Shown: positions 36,029-47,207 of the stretch, in pieces | Numbering within the stretch: the first letter of the stretch is position 1 | Layout: each line of letters starts with the position of its first letter | From: an uncultured Desulfobacteraceae bacterium | Lineage (GTDB): Bacteria > Desulfobacterota > Desulfobacteria > Desulfobacterales > UBA2156 | Assembly (NCBI GenBank): GCA_964596535.1 | Contig: CAZQUR010000005.1 | Coordinates: 1-58,559, forward strand | Length of the DNA stretch: 58,559 nucleotides | Direction: 5' to 3' | Made by a program: the position numbers and the translations under genes | Notes under the pieces: generated by a model | What the model saw: the letters and a program-made list of their open reading frames with translations, nothing else | Databases searched by the model: none | Told to the model about the DNA's origin: nothing

Positions 36029-37327
36029 TCACGGTCGAGCACAATCCGGCCGTGGATTCGCCCGGAAACCCTTCCTTTCGGGCCGGTCGAAAATACGAAT
36101 GGTCCCATATTCTCCATCATATCCGGGTTGGATGGCGATGTCTTCGTTTCGCATCCGCCGCATCGCCTCCTTAAGAAGGGGAACATCCGCCGCATCGAGT
36201 GCATCCAGGGGGAGACGATGAAGTATGAATAACTCCGGACCGTAGGCTTCGATGAGTTTTTGATGCATCTTTATCACCGCCTTGGACGCCGGACCCACAT
36301 TCAAAATTTCGGCAAGGATTTCGGCAAGGGGCAGCAATCGGTGAAATCCAGGCGCCGCTTCGGGCTTTTTTTCCGTTTTCCGATCCGCCAGGTCTTCGAC
36401 ACGATGGAGCACCCCCAGCGTCAGCGGTCCTCCGCACTCCGGGCAACGGCCGTGATGTTTTCGGGTTTCTTCGGGTTGAAAGCGGATTTCGCATTTCCGG
36501 TGACCATCCAGATGATATTTGCCCTCCTCCGGAAAGAATTCAAGGGTTCCTTTGAACCGGGTTCCCTTTTGATCCGCTAATGCCGACCGTATTGCGGAAA
36601 AAGAGATTTCGGTATCGAATACATTCGCTTCCCGGGCGATTTTTTCCGGTGAATGCGCGTCTGAATTGGAAACCAATCTCAATTTATCCAAATCCGACAC
36701 CCGCCAGTTCATTTTTGGATCCGAAGAAAGCCCTGTCTCCAAGGCAAATATATGCGGCGCCAAATCCTCAAAACAGGTTTTGAGGTCATCAAACCCCGAT
36801 TTGGATCCGAAAAGGGAAAACCAGGGGGTCCATATATGGGCCGGTATTAAAAAGGCCGATTCCGCGGCCTCGAGGACGATTTCCAACAGATCCCGGGCAT
36901 CCAAACCAAGGATGGGTCTCCCATCGGAACGGATATTCCCGATCTTTTCCATCTTTTGGTTGAATTTTTGTGCGGTCTCAAGATCCGGCAGGAAAACCAG
37001 ATTGTGGTTTTTTCGAACCTTTCCGTCTTTTTTATAAACACTGCTGATTTCACAGGATAAAACAAAAAAAACGGGTTGCCGGCAAGACGGAGGAACATGT
37101 TTTTCGGCTTCTTTTGAAAGGGTTTTGTTCAGTTGAAACAATCCGTTGGGCAGGGCGACGAGTTTTTCCTGAATTTCTGAAAACCAGCCGGGGTGGGTAA
37201 AATCCCCCGTGGCGACCACCGTAACCCCTTTTTTTTGGGCACTGATATGAATGCGCTCCAGATCAAGCGTTTTTGCCGTTGCCCTTGAATATTTGGAGTG
37301 AAGGTGAAGATCCGCGATAAATTGCAT
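36029..37327 (-). CDS. Endonuclease Q-like protein (PHP domain plus Zn finger)
   Basis: 432 aa. Has ADLHLHSKYSRA, GTGDFTHP, PAHIWTPW, SNSDAHSP, GKYHLDGH, CPECGG, LPLAEI and GYDGEYG motifs. These match the motif order I recall for archaeal EndoQ and TIGR00375-type proteins. Confidence 0.75.
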   Translation of the reverse strand: MQFIADLHLHSKYSRATAKTLDLERIHISAQKKGVTVVATGDFTHPGWFSEIQEKLVALPNGLFQLNKTLSKEAEKHVPPSCRQPVFFVLSCEISSVYKKDGKVRKNHNLVFLPDLETAQKFNQKMEKIGNIRSDGRPILGLDARDLLEIVLEAAESAFLIPAHIWTPWFSLFGSKSGFDDLKTCFEDLAPHIFALETGLSSDPKMNWRVSDLDKLRLVSNSDAHSPEKIAREANVFDTEISFSAIRSALADQKGTRFKGTLEFFPEEGKYHLDGHRKCEIRFQPEETRKHHGRCPECGGPLTLGVLHRVEDLADRKTEKKPEAAPGFHRLLPLAEILAEILNVGPASKAVIKMHQKLIEAYGPELFILHRLPLDALDAADVPLLKEAMRRMRNEDIAIQPGYDGEYGTIRIFDRPERKGFRANPRPDCARP

Positions 37328-37784
37328 GGTCTCTTCTTTTCATTTGGATGCGTCTTTCAGCGACAGGCGGTCTTCTGTATCCCGGCAATATGTAAATAAT
37401 CGGATCCGGTTGTGTCAATCCTAAGAGATGCGGGTGATTCGGTCCGGAGAAAACCAAAAAGGCCTTGAACTATTTTCTGTTTCGGTATATATGCGATCAT
37501 ATCATTTTATGAATACTATATATTGTGTCTAATTGCATGGGGATCCTAAAATTGATGAAAAAATGTCGACAACCGGCGCGCAGTGTGTCGATTTCGGATG
37601 TGTTTTTCAACACTGGAATTGAAAAGGTTTAAAACTCGATGCATATGAACATCCAATCAACCGTTTCGTGTGCGTTCAATTCATAAAAAAAATGAATAAT
37701 TTGAATTGTTTAAAAAAATATTATTCCTTTTGATACGGCATTGTCCTTATTATATCTTTAAATCAATGTAAAAAGGAATACGTC
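37328..37784. other. AT-rich intergenic region upstream of dnaN (promoter region; possible replication-origin-related sequence)
   Basis: 457 bp with no coding potential, and the most AT-rich stretch in the window. It includes runs such as TTCATAAAAAAAATGAATAATTTGAATTGTTTAAAAAAATATTATT. There are three same-strand TGTGTC(N)A(W) 9-mers at 37411, 37524 and 37584, and no perfect DnaA box. Confidence 0.35.
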
Positions 37785-41332
<3,548 letters not shown>

Positions 41333-41378
41333 TCCGGCGCATCCTTTAAAAAATCCCCATTCTTTCATGGGGGGAGAA

Positions 41379-42170
41379 ATGAAAATCCATCAAATCCACG
41401 CCAGAGACCTGCCGGATCTGTGGTTTCAGGCGGTCCATGACATTCTGGAAGTCGGACGGCGTTTTCAGATCGACCGGGGATCCTATGCGGGTCAGACCCG
41501 ACTGGAATACGATTACTTTATCGGACACGTGACCTATCCGGGAACACCGCCATTAATCCCCGATATTCCCCCGTCTTGCGGCATTCCCAACCCGGTGGAA
41601 CACGATTACATCTACGGTGGACCCGGGTATGATCGGGCCTATATAGAGTATCTCATGTCGCCCAGAAGGGAACCCGGAGAATCGTATACTTACGGTGAGC
41701 GGTTGACCCGGGTGCCCATCACCGGAGAGAAGCTTCGGTGGTGGAACGCGGACGAGACCGATATCATCGACAAGCGAACCATCGACGGGAAAGTCGTTTT
41801 TCAGGAGGAAGACCGTCTTTTCTTGAACCAGCTTGAATGGGTGATCGATACGTACCGGCGATTTGGCGAGCGAAACAACCAACTGGTCCTCCAGGTGGCG
41901 CACCCTTCGGACCATACCCTCCTGGACCCCCCCTGCTTGAGGCACATCGACACCCGGGTTCAGGACGGAGCCTTGTATTTTTTCGTCTATTTTCGGTCCT
42001 GGGACCTTTGGAACGGACTTCCGGCCAACCTGGCAGCCATTCAAAACCTTAAAGAGTATATGGCCGCGGAAATCGGCGTCAAAGACGGTGAAATGATCGT
42101 CGAAAGCAAAGGATTGCATTTGTACGGCTATGCAGAGGAGTTGGCCAAGCTCAGGTGCTTGAAGGTATAA
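41379..42170 (+). CDS. Divergent thymidylate synthase (ThyA-family) protein
   Basis: 263 aa from ATG 41379, with a GGGGAG RBS. DPPCLRHIDTRV..GALYFFVYFRSWDLWNGLPANL aligns with the ThyA catalytic Cys and RSxD...N motifs. The rest is highly diverged, archaeal-like in my recollection. Confidence 0.6.
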   Translation: MKIHQIHARDLPDLWFQAVHDILEVGRRFQIDRGSYAGQTRLEYDYFIGHVTYPGTPPLIPDIPPSCGIPNPVEHDYIYGGPGYDRAYIEYLMSPRREPGESYTYGERLTRVPITGEKLRWWNADETDIIDKRTIDGKVVFQEEDRLFLNQLEWVIDTYRRFGERNNQLVLQVAHPSDHTLLDPPCLRHIDTRVQDGALYFFVYFRSWDLWNGLPANLAAIQNLKEYMAAEIGVKDGEMIVESKGLHLYGYAEELAKLRCLKV

Positions 42171-42308
42171 ACCCACGAAACGGAGGATTCTACCCGCCCC
42201 CTCCCCACGGCACCGCCCAAACGCGGCGATTTAAAGACAGGGTCAAGGAGGATGGAATCGCAAAAAGGCCGATTTTGTTCGCTCCGCAACCCTTTTCGGG
42301 AGAGCCAA

Positions 42309-42686
42309 ATGGAAAAGATCCGCATCCGCATCCAAGGAAACGAAATACCGGCCACCCTGTACGACACCCCGACGGCGCAGCGCATTCTGGAGGCCCTTCC
42401 CCTGGACGGGCGCGTCCACATCTGGGGGGATGAAATTTATTTTTTGATCCCCCTGGTCCTGAATTTGGAGCCGGACGCCCGCCAGGAAGTCCACGTCGGC
42501 GAGCTGGGATACTGGCCCCAGGGGCCGGCTTTTTGCATTTTTTTCGGCCCGACGCCGGTCAGCACATCGGAAGCCCCCAGGGCGTTCAGCCCGGTGAATG
42601 TATTCGGAAAGACGGACCAAGACGCCCGTGTCTTCAAAGGGGTTCCAGGCGGAGCCGAAATCCGCGTGGAATCTTTGTCCTTTTAG
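42309..42686 (+). CDS. Cyclophilin-like fold protein (COG2164/PF04126-like)
   Basis: 125 aa from ATG 42309, with a GGGAGAG RBS. Has IRIRI.GNEI.ATLYDTPTAQRILEALPL...WGDEIYF...GELGYWPQGPAFCIFFGP, the pattern of the small cyclophilin-like family. Confidence 0.55.
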   Translation: MEKIRIRIQGNEIPATLYDTPTAQRILEALPLDGRVHIWGDEIYFLIPLVLNLEPDARQEVHVGELGYWPQGPAFCIFFGPTPVSTSEAPRAFSPVNVFGKTDQDARVFKGVPGGAEIRVESLSF

Positions 42687-42707
42687 CAACGGTTTTATCC
42701 CCGAGTC

Positions 42708-44570
42708 GTGAAGGCGAAAAAACCCCCGCCGTTGAGTGTGGCCCTCATCTCTGCCCCATGGCCCCTGTATCATCGACCCTCCATTCAAATCGGCAGTCTC
42801 AAGGCCTGCCTGAAGGCGCGTTTCCCGGATATTACCGTGAATGCCCATCACGCGTATCTGCAGATCGCCGAGGCGGTGGGATACCCCGTATATCAGGCCC
42901 TTTCAGAACGGACGTGGCTGGCGGAAAGCGTATATGCCGGTCTGCTTTTTCCCGAAAAGAAAATGGCGGCAAAAGACGTCTTTCAACGCCGGGCCCGCGG
43001 GAAGCCGGGTCTTGAGGGCATCGATTTCGCCCGGCTCGTGGCAACCGTAGAAAAGGAAACGGAAAAAGTCCTTTCACACATTTCCTTTGAAAGGATGCAA
43101 CTCGTCGGCTTCTCCGTTTGTCTTTGCCAGATCAGCGCCTCCTTGCATTTCATCCGGCGGATCAAACGCCGGGTTCCCGGAATCCGGATTGTTTTGGGGG
43201 GTTCCACATTTTCGGGCCTTTCCGGAGAGGCCCTTTTCCGCTTTTTTCCCGAAATCGACGATCTGGTCCACGGAGAAGGGGAGCGTCCCCTGACAAGCAT
43301 CGTGGAGAGCCTGATCCGAAAGCGGGAGGGAAAGGAAGGCATTTCTTCCATTCAAGGGGTCACACGCCGGGATGATCTCCAAAGCAACGCGCCGCCGGGA
43401 TTTGATCAGGTCTCCGCCCTTAAAGAGCTTCCGCCGCCGGACTATGAGGCGTATTTTTCTCTTTTAAACACCTTTTCTCCGGGGAAGCGCTTTTTCCCCA
43501 CCCTGCCCCTGGAGATGTCCCGGGGGTGTTGGTGGCGGCGGCAGGCCAGGACGGGAAAGGATGGGGGTCGGGGGTGTGCTTTTTGCAACCTGAACCTCCA
43601 ATGGCGGGGATACCGCTGCAAAGACCCCGAACAATGCGTTGATGAAGTGGCGCGGGTTACGCAAAAGCACCGGGTCCTTTCCGTGGCCTTCACGGACAAC
43701 ATCCTCCCCATCGCCGCCTCCGGCGCCCTTTTTGACGCCTTGGCCGCCCATGGAAAAGATTACCGGCTTTTTTGTGAGATCCGTGCCGGCACTCCCAAGA
43801 CCCTTCTGGAAAAGATGCACCGCGCGGGCGTGAGGGAGGTGCAAGTCGGCATCGAAGCCCTGAGCACCCCGCTTTTGAAAAGACTCAACAAGGGAACCAC
43901 GGCCCTTGAGAACCTGGAAATCATGAAACATTGCGAGGCCCTGGGGATTAAAAACAACTCCAACCTGATCCTTTCTTTTCCGGGAAGCACAACGGCCGAC
44001 GTGGAGGAAACCCTGAGACTCTTGATCTTTGCCGCCCCGTTGCGCCCATTGCGGCCGGTGGCCTTCTGGCTGGGAAGGGGAAGCCCGGTTTTTAAGAACC
44101 CCCTGTCTTTCGGCATTTCCAGGGTGAAAAACCACCCCAATTACCGTCGATTGTTCCCCCGAGAGATGGCCGACGAAATGCCCTTCATGATCCAGGCCTA
44201 TCAGGGGACTCGGGCAGACCAGAAAAAATTGTGGCGGCCGGTGCATGTGCAGATAAAGCAGTGGGAAAAAGAATATACGCGCCTTCATGAAGGCCCGACA
44301 CATACTCCGATCCTGGGTTATTCGGACGGCGGGACGTTTTTGATTATTCGGCAGCGCCGGAGTGAAGGACCGTCTCTGAATCATCGTTTGGAAGGGCTTT
44401 CGCGAAAAATTTATCTGTTTTGCGACACCATTCGTTCCGTGGATGATATTTTGATTCATTTCAACGGATTGTCGAAAGAAAGGGTGCTGCCCTTTTTACA
44501 GTCGATGGTAAAAAAGCGGCTCATGGTAAACGAAGGGGATCGCTATCTCAGCCTCGCCGTGCATGTTTGA
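42708..44570 (+). CDS. B12-binding-domain radical SAM protein of the RiPP-maturase (TIGR03975-like) class
   Basis: 620 aa with a GTG start. Has N-terminal VALISAPWPLYHRPSIQIGSLKA, then GGSTFSG..VHGEGE, LPPPDY, SRGCWW...CAFCNLN, EVQVGIEALS, KGTTALEN and FPGST. This motif order matches what I recall for the rSAM_ocin_1 family. Confidence 0.7.
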   Translation: MKAKKPPPLSVALISAPWPLYHRPSIQIGSLKACLKARFPDITVNAHHAYLQIAEAVGYPVYQALSERTWLAESVYAGLLFPEKKMAAKDVFQRRARGKPGLEGIDFARLVATVEKETEKVLSHISFERMQLVGFSVCLCQISASLHFIRRIKRRVPGIRIVLGGSTFSGLSGEALFRFFPEIDDLVHGEGERPLTSIVESLIRKREGKEGISSIQGVTRRDDLQSNAPPGFDQVSALKELPPPDYEAYFSLLNTFSPGKRFFPTLPLEMSRGCWWRRQARTGKDGGRGCAFCNLNLQWRGYRCKDPEQCVDEVARVTQKHRVLSVAFTDNILPIAASGALFDALAAHGKDYRLFCEIRAGTPKTLLEKMHRAGVREVQVGIEALSTPLLKRLNKGTTALENLEIMKHCEALGIKNNSNLILSFPGSTTADVEETLRLLIFAAPLRPLRPVAFWLGRGSPVFKNPLSFGISRVKNHPNYRRLFPREMADEMPFMIQAYQGTRADQKKLWRPVHVQIKQWEKEYTRLHEGPTHTPILGYSDGGTFLIIRQRRSEGPSLNHRLEGLSRKIYLFCDTIRSVDDILIHFNGLSKERVLPFLQSMVKKRLMVNEGDRYLSLAVHV

Positions 44571-44666
44571 CAAGGAAACGCCTCGTTTCTATGATAAAGT
44601 CGATGAACCCGAAAAGAAGAGGACAATGATTAAAAAAACAAAACATTGATTTGAATGGAGGAAGAC

Positions 44667-45584
44667 ATGGTGACGATGCGGAAAATAGGGGTGCTGGGGA
44701 TGGTGATCTGCCTGGTGATGATTTTGGCGGGCATCGGGTGGGCCGATCAAAACGGGGTGCGGTATTCCATCATGGTGACCAAGTTCGAAAACCGCACGGG
44801 ATGGCATGGACGTTGGGACCTGGGCGATGCATGGGGTGCCGTCTTGACGGACAGCCTGAATGCGACGGGACAATTCATCGTCCTTGGGGAAAAAGACATG
44901 CGGCAGGAAGCCATGGCGGAACAGGATCTGGCCGCGAGCGGGAGGACCGCCGGCGGCGGCAAACAGGTGGTCACCGGCCAGATGACGCCGGCACAGCTCC
45001 TCGTCAAGGGGGACATCACCCACTTTGATCCCGGGACCAGCGGGGGCAAGGGGGGCATCGGCTTCGGCGGCATTCGAATCGGGGCCGGCGGCGGGACGTC
45101 CGAAATCAATGCGGTCATGTACATCATCGATTCGAGCACGGGACAGGTCCTGGCGTCGAAAAAATGTTACGGAAAGGTGACCAAGACCGGTCTCTCGGTG
45201 GGCATCTCCAAAGGCGGTTTTTCCGGGGATGTGGGGGGATTTAAAAAGACCAATGCCGGTAAAGCCGTCGAAAAGGCCGTGGACGAAGGGGTGGCGTATC
45301 TCATTTCCATGCTGGATGAAATTCCATGGACCGGAGACGTCATTATGGTGAAAGGGCAGAAGGTGTATATCAATCGGGGCGCCCGGGAAGGGGTCACCGA
45401 CGGACGGGTGTTCCAGGTGGGAAAACTGACGACCATCCGGGATCCCAATACGGGAGAAATCCTGGATCAGGAAGTGGAAACATCCGGTAAAATCCGGGTG
45501 ACCAATGTCAAGGAAAAGCTTTCCATCTGTGAAATCACGGAAGGAACCGTCCAAAAAGGAATGACGGTGTCCCTTGCCAAATAA
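44667..45584 (+). CDS. CsgG/HfaB-family outer-membrane secretion-channel-like protein
   Basis: The ATG at 44667 is 5 nt after GGAGG. Has a signal peptide without a lipobox Cys. VTKFENRTG...LTDSLNATGQFIVLGEKDM is the CsgG-family N-terminal pattern. A Gly-rich central loop is present. Confidence 0.65.
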   Translation: MVTMRKIGVLGMVICLVMILAGIGWADQNGVRYSIMVTKFENRTGWHGRWDLGDAWGAVLTDSLNATGQFIVLGEKDMRQEAMAEQDLAASGRTAGGGKQVVTGQMTPAQLLVKGDITHFDPGTSGGKGGIGFGGIRIGAGGGTSEINAVMYIIDSSTGQVLASKKCYGKVTKTGLSVGISKGGFSGDVGGFKKTNAGKAVEKAVDEGVAYLISMLDEIPWTGDVIMVKGQKVYINRGAREGVTDGRVFQVGKLTTIRDPNTGEILDQEVETSGKIRVTNVKEKLSICEITEGTVQKGMTVSLAK

Positions 45585-45704
45585 GAAACCGTTCTGCGTG
45601 TTTGCGGACCCGCTTGGCTGAAACGGAGGGGACCCCGTTGAAGACCGGGGTTTCAAGAAGTGGTGCGCGCAAATTCGCTTTGTTTTTTTCGAGAGAACGC
45701 GCCC

Positions 45705-47114
45705 TCACAGCCTCACGGTGATGTAATATCCCTGGTTCCCCCGCTGCAACAGGATCACCACCGAGGGTTTCTGGCGGTATTGGATGACGGCCTTCTTGAA
45801 GTCGTCCACACTGCGCACCGTTATTTCATCGATCTGCCGGATAATATCCCCGGGGCGGGCGCCGATCCGGGCGAGTTCGGATCGGGGGTCGAGCCATGTG
45901 ATGACGACGCCTCCGGCGACCCCGTTTCCGGAACCGTTTTGACGGGAGGCTTCCCGGTTTTCCACACGGATCCCCAACCGCCGGACGGCCAACGCCTCCG
46001 CAATTTCCGGCGGAAACGGCCGGGTTGTCAGGGAAACCCGCCTTTCGGTATTTTTCCTTAGGATGCGCAGGGAAACCGTTTCCCCCGCGGCAATCTGCTT
46101 GACGGCGGCATGATAATCCTCGGTGGATCGGACCTGATGCGGTCCCACGGCGAGGAGTAGATCTCCGGCGTGGATGCCGGCCGTTTCGGCCGGACTTTTT
46201 TCCTCCACCGCTTTCACCAACACACCCTTGGTGTGGGGCAGGCCAAGATACCGGGAAATCCCTTCGTCCACATCCTGGACCACGATCCCGATCCACGACG
46301 GGATTACTTCTCCGTACCGGATGAGATCCTGGACGATGCGTTTGGCCCGGTTGATGGGAATCGCAAAACCGATCCCCTGGGCCTTGGCATAGATGGCGGT
46401 GTTGATCCCGATCAGTTCCCCGTGGATATTCAAAAGGGGTCCCCCGCTGTTTCCGGGGTTGATGGAAGCATCGGTTTGGATGAAATCGACAAATATCCGA
46501 TCTTCGGTGCGCAGGCTTCGGTGCAAGGCGCTGATCACGCCGGTGGTGACCGTGTGGCTGAAACCGAAGGGATTTCCGATGGCGATGACCGTTTCACCGA
46601 TGAGAAGATCATCGGAATTTCCCATTTCAACAGAAGGAAGCGTCTCGGCGGCGTCGACACGCAGGACGGCCAGGTCCGAGTCCGGATCCGCCCCCACGAT
46701 GGCGGCTTTGAATTCCCGTTCATCCATGAGGGTCACCGAAACGGATCCGGTCCGCGCGATTACGTGGGCGTTGGTCAGGATGAATCCCCGCTCCCCGTCG
46801 ATGATCACCCCGGAACCCAGGCTGGTCCGCTTGTAACGGCGCTCAAATCCCGGGTCGAAAAAGTCCTTGAAGAAAGAGTCAAAAAAGGGATCCATGGGAA
46901 ATCCGGAAAACGGATTCCGCCGGGAACGGACTTCGTATTCGGAATTGATGTTGACCACCGCCGGCGCCACCCGTTGCACCGCCCGCACCACAGGGGTTAT
47001 CCTTTCCCGGGCGACGATTCCGGAAGACGGGAATACGGTGGTCAGCAAAACCGGCAGGACAAAAACAAAGAACCGCCGGAAAAGGGAAAAACAGGAAATT
47101 TCCTTTGGCAACAA
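45705..47114 (-). CDS. htrA: Periplasmic serine endoprotease DegP/HtrA family (two PDZ domains)
   Basis: 469 aa with a TTG start. Has TNAHV, DLAVL and GNSGGPL (catalytic triad contexts) plus two PDZ-like C-terminal regions. Confidence 0.85.
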   Translation of the reverse strand: MLPKEISCFSLFRRFFVFVLPVLLTTVFPSSGIVARERITPVVRAVQRVAPAVVNINSEYEVRSRRNPFSGFPMDPFFDSFFKDFFDPGFERRYKRTSLGSGVIIDGERGFILTNAHVIARTGSVSVTLMDEREFKAAIVGADPDSDLAVLRVDAAETLPSVEMGNSDDLLIGETVIAIGNPFGFSHTVTTGVISALHRSLRTEDRIFVDFIQTDASINPGNSGGPLLNIHGELIGINTAIYAKAQGIGFAIPINRAKRIVQDLIRYGEVIPSWIGIVVQDVDEGISRYLGLPHTKGVLVKAVEEKSPAETAGIHAGDLLLAVGPHQVRSTEDYHAAVKQIAAGETVSLRILRKNTERRVSLTTRPFPPEIAEALAVRRLGIRVENREASRQNGSGNGVAGGVVITWLDPRSELARIGARPGDIIRQIDEITVRSVDDFKKAVIQYRQKPSVVILLQRGNQGYYITVRL

Positions 47115-47207
47115 GACGTTTTTCCTCTATAACACCTGAAAAAGGTTACGTGGAAACCGCTACGGTGAGTATATTCCCCGCGCCGTGCAGCGGGGAAATT
47201 CAATATC

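Noticed and set aside
42171-42308. Search for a RiPP precursor ORF next to the radical SAM gene (also in 44571-44666), and the alternative ATG at 42252
   Set aside because: No short ORF with a properly spaced RBS and a leader/core-like sequence was found. ATG 42252 has AGGAGG directly abutting it with zero spacing. It would add 19 non-conserved residues to the cyclophilin-like protein, so ATG 42309 was preferred.
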